From contig NW_027191453.1 in NCBI RefSeq assembly GCF_011745625.1, forward strand, positions 558,001-622,000: DNA of 64,000 bases. Reading direction: 5' to 3'. Below are positions 1 to 9,573 of this stretch, in pieces. How positions within the stretch are numbered: position 1 is the first letter of the stretch; each line of letters opens with the position of its first letter. Made by a program: the position numbers and the translations under genes. Source of the DNA: Cladosporium halotolerans (lineage: Eukaryota). The notes below the pieces were generated by a model, which was not told the origin of the DNA, searched no databases, and worked only from the letters and a program-made list of their open reading frames with translations.

Positions 1-2061
1 CTCCTGCGCGATGCGTTGAGCCTCGACCAGGTTGAAGTACGCGGCCTTTTTCTCCAGAAGGTCATCGTGCGTGCCCTGCTCTACGATGCGACCTTGCGAC
101 ATGACGACGATGTTGTCGGCGTTCTTGATGGTGCTAAGACGGTGGGCAATGACGATGGTGGTACGACCCTGGGCAGCCTTGTCGAGCGCGGCTTGCACGA
201 CACCCTCACTCTTGGTATCAAGCGCGGAGGTCGCTTCGTCGAGAAGAAGGATCTTGGGATCGCTGACAATCGCTCTGGCGATGGCAATACGCTGCTTCTG
301 GCCACCACTGAGCAGGAAGCCGCGCTCGCCGACGTTGGTCTCGTAGCCCTCAGGGAGCTGGGTGATGAAGTCGTGGGCGTTGGACATGCGCGCTGCGTTC
401 TCGACGAGGTCCTGGATTGCCTTCTCCGAGGCACTCTCGTGCTCGGTACCGATGAGACCGTGACGAATGTTGCCAGCAATAGTGGTGGCGAAAAGAGTGG
501 GCTCTTGCGAAACCAAGCTGATGTGCTGTCTGAGCCAGCGCAGGTTCAAGTCTTGCACGTTGTGGCCATCTAGGTATACAGAGCCACCCACAGGGTCGTA
601 GAAGCGCTCCACCAAGCCAACGATAGTACTCTTACCACTGCCAGACGCACCGACCAGAGCGGTCGTCTTTCCTGCGGGGATTTCCAGGTTGACGTCTTCC
701 ATAACAACGACCTCAGGTCGCGAAGGGTAGATGTGGCGGATGTTGCGAAGTTCAACATTGCCCTCGACGGTGTCGAGCTTCTTGCCGGTCTCAGACTTCG
801 GGTCCAGAGGAGAGACACGGTCGATGGTAGAGAAGATCTTGACACCAGCGGCGGTTGCGGTGGTGAAAGCACCAATGTTGGGAGCTACGTTTCCGAGGGA
901 GAACGCGCCGATCATGACGGCTAGCAAGACTGTGACGACCTCGTTCAAGTTCATCTCGCCCCATACCAGGTACCGCGAACCTTGCCAGAAACTCAGAGAG
1001 TAGTTGAGATAGACGTACGTCATCAGGAAACCGATCATGCTGCCGAGAATGGCCTTCATCTTAAAGCCCGATTTCTCAGCGGCAGTCAGATGCTTGTCGT
1101 ATTCCAGAGCGAGCTTGTCCTGGGTTCCGAAAGCGACGGCGTTGCGGATAGAGCTGATGACTTCCTCGGCGACAGTACCACCCTCTGCGTAGGCCGCCAG
1201 AGACTCCTTCTGCCATTTAACAATGAGCTTGCCAAGAGAGCCCATTGTGAAGACAATCGCGAAGATGGTAGAGGTGAGAATGAGGGTCAATTTCCAGTAC
1301 TTGACGAATCCGATAATGTAGGCAGTAACGAAAGTCGCGAGCGCGGTCAGAGTGAGTCCGACCTTCTCCGAGATGCCGTCCTGAACAAGGTTTGTGTCCG
1401 CAGTGATACGAGTGGTGATTTCACCAGCGCCGCGAGCATCGAAATATGCAATATTCTGGCGCAGGATGCCCGCCAGGTATTCTTCTCTGATCTTGGCCGC
1501 CATGTGCTCGCCAGAGTAGATGAATCCGACTGTAGAGATGTAGATGGTTACAAACTCTCCGATCGCCAGATAAATGAAGTAGATCGTCAAGTGGTTGACT
1601 GTATGGCTGAAGTTGGACAGATCTGCAGTACCGCTGCTGAAGTTGCCGATGCTTCCTGTGAGTTGGCCAAAGACGACCGTCATGAGCGGTAGCACAGCAC
1701 CAGCGACAATGGCGCAGAAAGCGCTGATTGCGATGATGATAAGATCATTGGTGGTAGCGTAGCGGTACAGGCGGAAATATGTCACCTTGACGGGCGGTGT
1801 CTCCAGCTGATGCCTCAATATAGCAGCCTCGATCTCTGGCAGATGTGCGAAAGGATCATTTTCTTCCTGCTCTTGCTCTTTGGTCGATTTGGGAGGCTTG
1901 GAGTCTAGCCGGACAAGAGGTGCGGGCTCTTCGCCGGTCGGGTTGGGAAACGGCGCTTGACCGAGGGCAGCCTTCTCTTGGTCGGCGGCTATGACATCGC
2001 GATTCGAGTTGTTGCTGGAGGAGTCCGAGATCTGCTTCTCTCCGTTACCGATGATCGCCAT
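1..2061 (-). CDS. MDR1: ABCB/MDR-type multidrug ABC transporter (AtrD/Mdr1-like), N-terminal half; runs off the left edge of the window
   Basis: Manual translation from ATG at 2061 (ccaccATGgcg): MAIIGNGEKQ...DPFAHLPEIEAAILRHQLETPPVKVTYFRLYRYAT...; NBD1 with LSGGQKQRIAIARAIVSDPKILLLDEATSALD and IAHRLSTIKNAD. The frame stays open to base 1, so it is absent from the ORF track. Confidence 0.95.
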   Translation of the reverse strand, partial: MAIIGNGEKQISDSSSNNSNRDVIAADQEKAALGQAPFPNPTGEEPAPLVRLDSKPPKSTKEQEQEENDPFAHLPEIEAAILRHQLETPPVKVTYFRLYRYATTNDLIIIAISAFCAIVAGAVLPLMTVVFGQLTGSIGNFSSGTADLSNFSHTVNHLTIYFIYLAIGEFVTIYISTVGFIYSGEHMAAKIREEYLAGILRQNIAYFDARGAGEITTRITADTNLVQDGISEKVGLTLTALATFVTAYIIGFVKYWKLTLILTSTIFAIVFTMGSLGKLIVKWQKESLAAYAEGGTVAEEVISSIRNAVAFGTQDKLALEYDKHLTAAEKSGFKMKAILGSMIGFLMTYVYLNYSLSFWQGSRYLVWGEMNLNEVVTVLLAVMIGAFSLGNVAPNIGAFTTATAAGVKIFSTIDRVSPLDPKSETGKKLDTVEGNVELRNIRHIYPSRPEVVVMEDVNLEIPAGKTTALVGASGSGKSTIVGLVERFYDPVGGSVYLDGHNVQDLNLRWLRQHISLVSQEPTLFATTIAGNIRHGLIGTEHESASEKAIQDLVENAARMSNAHDFITQLPEGYETNVGERGFLLSGGQKQRIAIARAIVSDPKILLLDEATSALDTKSEGVVQAALDKAAQGRTTIVIAHRLSTIKNADNIVVMSQGRIVEQGTHDDLLEKKAAYFNLVEAQRIAQE

Positions 2062-2537
2062 GGTGGTTCAATGCGGCCTCGAGGCCGTGTCGCAGTAGAT
2101 CGGGTCAGCCAGGTGGAGAATCGTGGATCACTTCCTAGGGTCGGAGTCGCGGAGGGTTGGTTGCTTGACCGCTCCAACCTTTGGCGGTGGCGAAGGTGTA
2201 GGCGAGGTGAAGATTAGATCCTAGACTGGTAGACAATAGTAGGTCTGTCGCCGACTGGTGAGAAGTATCGGCAAAGAAAAAGTATCGGCGTGGTATTACG
2301 GATGGGGTATCTAGGGGGGGAGAATGCGCAAAGGGAAGAGAGAGAGGAAATGGAACCTAGGGGTTGTGATACTACTGCGGTGGCCTGGTCGAGTAGGCAC
2401 GGTGTTGCCGTTCGCGTGTCGGCAAGCATCATCTTTCGGCGCATCAAAGGACGAGCTAGGCAAACGCTAACGGAAGCACGAGTCTCCGACGCCTGCTCGC
2501 CCGCTATTCCTTCACACTTCGTATATGTCGTTTACGG

Positions 2538-2598
2538 CCGCGGGGCACACGCGAAACCGCGGTACATCGTCAATCTGACCGCGGCTTCCATTGACTCA
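2538..2598. promoter_or_regulatory. Candidate Zn2Cys6 (PDRE-core-like) site cluster plus AP-1/Gcn4-type site upstream of the ABC transporter
   Basis: CCGCGG at 2538-2543, 2557-2562 and 2579-2584, then TGACTCA at 2592-2598, about 480-540 bp upstream of the MDR1 ATG. Confidence 0.35.
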
Positions 2599-3259
2599 TG
2601 GAGACGGGTCTCAGGCGATGCTTATGCTCGCATTCGGTCCAGCATGTCGCAATGGATGTCTCGCGGGACGAAATGTCACGCGTATGGGCGTGACTCCCAC
2701 ATGTGAATAACGACGAGGGGCGCGGCCTCTCGCTTCAGCCCTAGTCGTCCTCGCGTATTAGATCGAATCATCTCGGCAAGGGTCGCGGCCGGCGAACGTT
2801 GTGCGCCGATTGCCCGTTGCCTGTGCAGCTTCAGCCTCGTGGCCGCCGCCAAAGTGGACCCTTCACCATCTTCCGGGCCTTCTAGATGCGCGTTCATTGC
2901 TTCTTCTGGACAATCTCGTGCTCGTTGCGAGCACACGGCCCCTCCGCTGTGGCTCACCACCTCCTTGTGCACTCCTACCTACAACTCAACGTACTCTTGT
3001 GCGCTTAGGAGATGGTAGGATCTTTTTCCCTATCTGATTCCGCAACGCGCGTTCGCGTCTGCGTCGAAAGAGTCATGCATCTCGGTGGGGAGGTGGGCAG
3101 ATAGTACCTAGTCTCACCGCATCAGGCAGCATTATCGGCTCAAGTCTAGTATCTCACTCCACATGTGGTGGGACGATACGCCTAACTTCCACTATCTGCA
3201 GGAAGCTGCCTTACATCTTGGTGGAAATTGTGGGCTGCAATGCGCGTGGTCCATCTGCT

Positions 3260-4180
3260 CTAGCCGGGCAATGCATCTCTGATGAACTCTTCCAGGGACG
3301 TCGGCCTCACATTCGGGAATCGACCATTTTCGAGCTTCTTGAGATTCCATCGCCCACTGACACAGTTCTCCATGAAGACATGACGGTGCCATTCCCAGAA
3401 TCGTCGCAACCCCAGTTTCCTCCCTTCTTCGGCCATATCCTGCAGCTCCTCGAGACTTCCCTTCACTTCCCATCCCACCTTTACCCCCTTCACTCTCTCC
3501 ACCGCCTCCTTCACCTCCCTCAAACTCGCCGTCCACGAACACACGCGAACAAACCCTCCCTCCTCAGCCCCATCAGCAACAACAACCTCCACCCCCCACC
3601 TTCCCGCATCCTCCTCCGTCGTGAAATTCCACTCCTCCTCCCCCGACCCCCAAACCTCCATCCTCAGCCCCTCAGGATCCCACACGCCCCCATCCCTCGG
3701 CGTGAACCCCCTCTGCCCCCCAACCCCAAAAAACACATCCGCCAGCATCCCCGAGAACACATGGCACGGCCTGATCCCCGACGTCAGCGCCGCCTGCTGG
3801 TGAAACATCATCGCCGCGTCGTACACCGGCTCGTCGCCCAGCCCCAGCACCCTCCAATCGTAGTTCCAACCCGCAGCCAGGAAGCGCTTGACGCCCGCGC
3901 GCTCGCTCGCGCGCAGAAGCAGCAGCTGCGCGTCGAGGTGCAGCTCCGGCAGGCCGGCGTAGGCGCAGATCACGGCGTCGACGCCGGCCGCGGCGCGGTC
4001 GAGGGCTGCGGTGTCGTAGTAGGAGGTGCTTTGGATGAAGGATTCGAGGGCTGAGGAGGTTGCGGCGGGGAGTTTCGAGGGGTTGCGGCCGAGGCCGTGC
4101 ACGCTGTGGCCGAGAGAGAGGGCGTGGGCGGCCGCGTGGGAGCCGATGTTGCCGGTTATGCCGGCGATGAGGATCTTCAT
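3260..4180 (-). CDS. NmrA-like / atypical SDR NAD(P)-binding oxidoreductase
   Basis: ATG at 4180 gives MKILIAGITGNIGSH (Rossmann GxxGxxG), GVDAVICAY and AGVKRFL. Intronless, 306 aa. Confidence 0.88.
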   Translation of the reverse strand: MKILIAGITGNIGSHAAAHALSLGHSVHGLGRNPSKLPAATSSALESFIQSTSYYDTAALDRAAAGVDAVICAYAGLPELHLDAQLLLLRASERAGVKRFLAAGWNYDWRVLGLGDEPVYDAAMMFHQQAALTSGIRPCHVFSGMLADVFFGVGGQRGFTPRDGGVWDPEGLRMEVWGSGEEEWNFTTEEDAGRWGVEVVVADGAEEGGFVRVCSWTASLREVKEAVERVKGVKVGWEVKGSLEELQDMAEEGRKLGLRRFWEWHRHVFMENCVSGRWNLKKLENGRFPNVRPTSLEEFIRDALPG

Positions 4181-4530
4181 TCTCTCTGGAAAGTGATTAC
4201 TGTTGTTGGACAACAGTGCGGTTTTGTTCAAGTGCTTATGGGATGAGATGGCTATGCTGATATATGTCCGCGAAGGCCATGGCTCATCGATACTCACAAG
4301 CAACCATACAATCCGGTTGAAACTCAATGCACTTGCGTACCTTCGGCGGAAGTGCGGTGTCAAGATCAGGTAACGAGTGGATTCTGGATTTAGATGGTGA
4401 CCAAGGCACTCGCCGAGCTTGAGCGCTTTGGTTGTCTCGTCCCTTAATCCATTGTGCACCCGTCGTTTTGCGATAATTAACGTTCCACTATAGTGGTCTT
4501 CTACGAGACGTGTGCGAGGAGCGTGTCGCT

Positions 4531-4548
4531 TTAGGGTTAGGGTTGGGG
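4531..4548 (+). repeat. Short interstitial telomere-like repeat (TTAGGG)2 TTGGGG
   Basis: ttagggttagggttgggg read directly, in the divergent intergenic region. Confidence 0.6.
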
Positions 4549-4830
4549 CAACGCGCTTCTGACCTCACATTCACCTCGTGTGTAAAAAGTCACATTGCCT
4601 GGTCTTCTTGCGTGGATTCGTGCTTTTCTGAAATTAATTAAAATACTTCGTCATATTTTTTCAAAAGCACATGATCGTGCGAGTTGCAGAGAGCTTTGTT
4701 TGATTTGAGCCCGTGGCGCAGAAGCACAGCACCTCATCACCAGTCGTGGAATACAGTAGTCTGGACTCGTGCACTAATTGACCAGCAACGTCAACCGTAC
4801 ATAGCGCCCAGAGCGACCATACGGTAAAGG

Positions 4831-6034
4831 ATGAAGCTACTCACTCTGATCTGCGCGTGTACTTTGGCGAGCCAGTATAGAGTGCTCGCCATCTCAACAG
4901 CCAGCGATCTGCGCCCAAAACCCATCATCATCGATACCGACATCTTCTCAGATGTAGACGACGTAGGAGCCCTAGCAGTGGCAAACGTACTCCACAACTG
5001 CGGCATAGCAGACGTGCAGGGCGTCATCATCAACACAGACTCTCAATACGGCTCCCTGGCAGCCAGCGTACGTACTAAAATCAACAGAACCCGTCCCCCA
5101 TCCCAGCTACCCTCTAATGACCCCAACCCAGGTAATCAACACCTACTACAACAACCCCACCATCCCCATCGCAGCGCTCAAACCCCTCACCCCCACCACC
5201 TTCCTCGACACCCGGACCTTCCGCCTCGGCGAATACGCCAGCAAACTCGCCTACAACTTCCCGCGCGCCCTCGCCAACGCCTCCGCAACCCCCGACCCCG
5301 TGCCCCTCTACCGCTCGCTCCTCGCCTCCGCCCCCAACGCAAGCACCACCCTCATCTCCCTCGGCTTCCTCACCAACCTCGCCGCCCTCCTCGCCTCACC
5401 GCCAGACACCATCTCCCCGCTCTCCGGCGCGCAGCTCGTAGAGCTCAAAACCGCCGAGCTCGTCGTTATGGGCGGCCGCTACCCGTCAGGCCACGAGTTC
5501 AATTTCGCCACCGACGCCGCGAGCACGCGCGCGGTGCTCGCCGGCTGGCCTCAGAATGTCCCTGTCACCTTCGCCGGCTACGAACTCGGCAAGCGCGTGA
5601 TTTCCGGCCGGTGGCTGCCGGAGTGGGCGCCGAAGGACTCGCCTGTGCTGGCGGCGTACCAGTGGTATGGAGACCGGTGCGAGACGGCGAGGGCGTCGTA
5701 TGATCCGGTTGCGGTGCTTTATGGAGTTTTGGGGCTGGAGGGGGGTGGGAGAGCGGGGGGTGGGGAGGTGTTTGAGTTTTTGGGGGAGGGTGGGTGCAAT
5801 GTTGTGGCGGAGGATGGGGAAAACGAGTGGAAGGAGGACTGTGGGGCGAGGAATCAGCGGTGGCTGAGGTTGAGAGATGGAGTCAGGGAGGAGGAGATGG
5901 GAGAGTTGCTTGATAGGATGTACGCGAGGTGCCCGTTGGACGAGGGTTGTTGTTTTGGTGGTGGGGAGTGTGGTGTCTCGATGAAGGTACAAGATGGATT
6001 GGGTCGACTGGGTGGCATTTCGATTGCATTATAG
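4831..6034 (+). CDS. Inosine-uridine-preferring nucleoside hydrolase family protein, probably secreted
   Basis: Hydrophobic N-terminus MKLLTLICACTLA; Asp-cluster motif IIIDTDIFSDVDD; SLGFLTNLA, LVVMGG, EFNF and SYDPVAVLY. Intron 5068-5131 (GTACGT...CTAAT...CAG) joins ORFs 4831 and 5117. Confidence 0.9.
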
Positions 6035-6053
6035 GTACATTGTCTCCCCGCTT

Positions 6054-7361
6054 CTACCTCTTCCGCATCATTCTGGGCCTGGGGAAGTCGAGCGGCAGCT
6101 TGAGCTTCGCGATTCTGGTCGCAGCGGCCTGCGCCTTGCTCATACCGCGGGTCTCGCGTTCCTTCTCTGTGGGAGGGCCGACTCTGCAGCCCAGCTCGTG
6201 GAAGTACTGTCCGACCTGCCTGTTCTCCAACCTCAGATCGTCTTTCAGGTTGCTAATATCTGTGACGTAGTGATCGATGTACAAGGACAATGCACACATG
6301 TGGGTGTAGAGGTAATCCTGGTGCCACTTGTTGAGCTCGTTGCTCTCGCTGAAGCGTCTGCGGACCGAGTCGACCAAGGCTTCGGGGTAGGCCTCCAGTT
6401 TCTTGGAAAGCACGTCTTTCTTGGGCACCTTCTTGCCAGATCGACCAGCGGTTCCCAGAGCGGCGTTGAAGTCCAGGAGCAAGTTGAGGTACCGCAATGC
6501 CTTGAGCTTGTTGACATCGTCTGACTTTCCAATAGCGACGACGCGGCCGGCGGAGAAGCGGTTGTTGAACATGATCGGCTCTTCGGCGCGAGCTTTGTCC
6601 TGCCATTCCTTGACCTGTACCAGGCGCATGTCTCCAGGCGGAATCAATGTATTCAAAGGGTAGACATCCTCAAAATTATCGGCGCTCATGTCGGGCTTGG
6701 GAATAGGTTTCGCGGCAAGTGCAGCCTCAGCCAGCTGGGCCTGGTTTTGGTCGTTTGCAGTAGTGTCGGCCATGGTCTCCAGAATGGCATTCTCAATCTC
6801 GGCGGATTTGCCGTCTTCATTGCCCTTTGTGATCGCGTTGAGAGTCTTGCTCGCAATAGCCTTCTTCGATTTCTTGGTACCAAACTCTTGCCCAAGCTGT
6901 TCCCGCTGCTGCGCGATGGTGCGTTTCTGCTGGTTGTCTTTCACCTCCTGGTTCTCTGTGCGCAGCGTGCTGCGAAGGTTGAGGTGGTGTGAAGGGACGA
7001 TCTGAAGCTTCTGAGCCTTGGGGTCGTATACGGCGACATAGTGCGCGGTCTGCGATTCGCTTGCTGCGGGTGTCGCTGTGTAGTCGAGTTTGGGGTGTTT
7101 GGTCGAGTGAAGGATGACGCTGTGCGTGTCGGGCTTGATCTTCGTGCTGTCCTTAGCCCTTCCAGATGCCTTCGCATAGGCCTTGAAGGAGATTTGCGGA
7201 ACAGAGAGGCCAGGCGCGCTGCCAATCACTGGCGGCAAGCCATTCTCTGAGATTGCGACTTTGGCGGTGCCCGTGGGCTGGCCGTCGATGTGTGTCTTTT
7301 TGTTGGGCGCAGGCACGCCGTTGCTCTGCCTCTTGCGCTTCTTTCCGTCCTTGTCGGACAT
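6054..7361 (-). CDS. RPA49: RNA polymerase I subunit A49
   Basis: 435-aa ORF with HYVAVYDP, REQLGQEFGTKKSKKAI, YFHELGCRV and C-terminal AKLKLPLDFP, all typical of A49. Confidence 0.92.
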   Translation of the reverse strand: MSDKDGKKRKRQSNGVPAPNKKTHIDGQPTGTAKVAISENGLPPVIGSAPGLSVPQISFKAYAKASGRAKDSTKIKPDTHSVILHSTKHPKLDYTATPAASESQTAHYVAVYDPKAQKLQIVPSHHLNLRSTLRTENQEVKDNQQKRTIAQQREQLGQEFGTKKSKKAIASKTLNAITKGNEDGKSAEIENAILETMADTTANDQNQAQLAEAALAAKPIPKPDMSADNFEDVYPLNTLIPPGDMRLVQVKEWQDKARAEEPIMFNNRFSAGRVVAIGKSDDVNKLKALRYLNLLLDFNAALGTAGRSGKKVPKKDVLSKKLEAYPEALVDSVRRRFSESNELNKWHQDYLYTHMCALSLYIDHYVTDISNLKDDLRLENRQVGQYFHELGCRVGPPTEKERETRGMSKAQAAATRIAKLKLPLDFPRPRMMRKR

Positions 7362-7997
7362 TGTGTATCCGCCAGGTTATTTGGTGTGTGTAGGTAAGGC
7401 TCTCCTCCAACGAGCCCGTTTGCTTCGAAGCTGCTCTCCAGCGACCTCCAAAGTCGGCGCATCCAAAAATTTGCCCCGACCTCGATTGGCAGGCGACAGC
7501 GGGCGCTTGCGCGACGAGACGAAGCGCCCGCGGACTCCACAACCACCACCAAGGCCACGCTGACGCCACTGCGCCGGGATGCAGGCGCAATCGTAGGATC
7601 GACGTCAGTGGGCAACAAACAAACGCGTTTGCACTTTGCAGGCGGCACATAGCCTCGAGTAGCGTGACGACTAGAGCTGCGGTGACAGCATTCCCCACGA
7701 AAACAAGGCACGGCGGTTGCAGTGCGCGGTACAAAGGTACATCTCCTATTACATCAACCACAATAGCTCTGCTGTTACTTTCTGCCTGCGTTGATCCCGC
7801 CTACTTTACCAATCACCCTTCCCTGATCCCCTCACGCCTGCGGGCCCGTCAAAATCACCGCCGACCACCCCCAACACCATCGCCCACGGAAACTTGAAAT
7901 CCGTACGGGCCAGCAATCCCCAAGCCCGTCTCCGTCTCGATCATCCAACAAAAATACTACTCCTGCGGCTTCTCGAAACAAGAATACTTCTGCAACA

Positions 7998-8755
7998 ATG
8001 GCCGACCAGGTCCAAGGTGCCACGAAGGGCACGCAAGACAAAATTCAAAGCGCAACAACAGGCATCCTTGGGAGTATTGAAGGATGGGGAAACTGGATAA
8101 CTGCGAAGGCCAAGGCAATGCTCGACAGGGTCTTTCCACCCGAGACGCGTGCTGCGTTCCTGGCGAAGCTTCAGGCTTTCATGCTGGCGAACCCTAAGCT
8201 CTCTGTAAGTGAATGTGAATATCAACTTCCCACAGGCTTGCCTCTAATCTTCTGATGTAGACATTCCTTGGCATGAACCTCGCCATCACTGGTGTACCCC
8301 TGTTCCTTTTCATCCTGTTCTCGCTCACGGTGTTCATTTTTGCTTTGGTCGTCGGATTGCTAGTCGGCCTTCTCGGTGCAGTGGCCTTCACTCTTTTCGC
8401 CGTCGGCCTGGCTTTGACCATCGTCCTTCCGACCATCTTCTTCACCACAATGGGCGCCACCTTCCTCTTCCTCTGGGGTCTCGGAGGCTACTACATCCTC
8501 AAATGGGCCAACAGCGAAGGCGGTGGCGAGGCTACTGGCCAAGAAGGTGGCGGAGCTTCCATTGGCGACAGGCTCAACTCTCTCACCGGTGGCCGCCTCA
8601 CGGGCTTCATGGACAGCGCAAGGAACGAGGAATCGAAAAAGAGCATCTACGGCTGGGGCGACGCAAACACGCCAGCCAAGGCCGAGGAGAAGCCCCAACC
8701 TGCTCAGAAGAACAACTCCAAGCCGCAGGCAAGCGAGGGTCAGAAGACGAAGTAG
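7998..8755 (+). CDS. Promethin/LDAF1-like (Ldo16/45-type) lipid-droplet membrane protein
   Basis: Exon 1 7998-8204, intron 8205-8260 (GTAAGT...CTAAT...TAG), exon 2 with a long hydrophobic hairpin GVPLFLFILFSLTVFIFALVVGLLVGLLGAVAFTLFAVGLALTIVLP. Confidence 0.75.
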
Positions 8756-9573
8756 TCTACCTACTCGCAGCGGGCTGAAGCCGATGCAGGCCTTCAGCCC
8801 GCCCTGGAGACCAGCAGCAGCGCGTCTTGAAAAGACAGGCAGCTACGACTGGGCTCTCGAACTGCATGATCGGCTGCTGTTCCAAGTAGCCAGAGCGACG
8901 CGAACTAAAGACGGCGGAAGTGATGGGATATGTTTTGTCATGATTATGATTGCATAGCGCGATCGTCTGATTTTGGTGGCGGATGTGTGCATATGGGATC
9001 AGGCCTGTTAAGAGTTGGGTTTGGCGTGAGTTTCAAGCGTCACTGTATTCTATCGTTATAATGTGCAATGAAGTGTGATTTTACGCGTCCACGTGTTCCA
9101 GAGAACGCGGCTGCCTCAGCAAGTGAAGGCGTAGCTGTCTGTCACATGCATGCACAAAGGGAGCTCTGACAGTGACGCACCTACACCACCAGAGAGGCGT
9201 GAACCGCCTGCTCTACCGGTAGATACAAATCTCTGATACTATACGACCGTGGTAAAGGATACCGAATCTCATCGCTTGTTATTTGTCGTCGCCGCCGATG
9301 CCAGATTAGGAAGGGGATCCGCAGCTGCCCCGCCAAGCTCGTCCGTGACGGCATCTGGCGCCCGTGAAGATGGGCAAACGCAAACGTGACCTGCAGGTGT
9401 ATTCAAAGAAACACACGCACGGTCACCGGCGCTTGGAACTGCGCTTGAACCAAGACATCTTTGCTTCGAGCTCTGACTGGCCGGACCAAGGTACAGCTGT
9501 GACGCCTGGCCAGCGAAACCAAACATCGAAGTCGAGGAGTTCCGGCAGACTGTCACTTCGCAGCAAAGACACC

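Noticed and set aside
16..1692. Plus-strand ORFs 16-573 and 982-1692
   Set aside because: Antisense shadows of the MDR1 coding frame caused by codon bias.
8753..8836. About two dozen open codons after the promethin-like TAG (possible readthrough)
   Set aside because: Short, no family motif, and expected by chance in GC-rich DNA.
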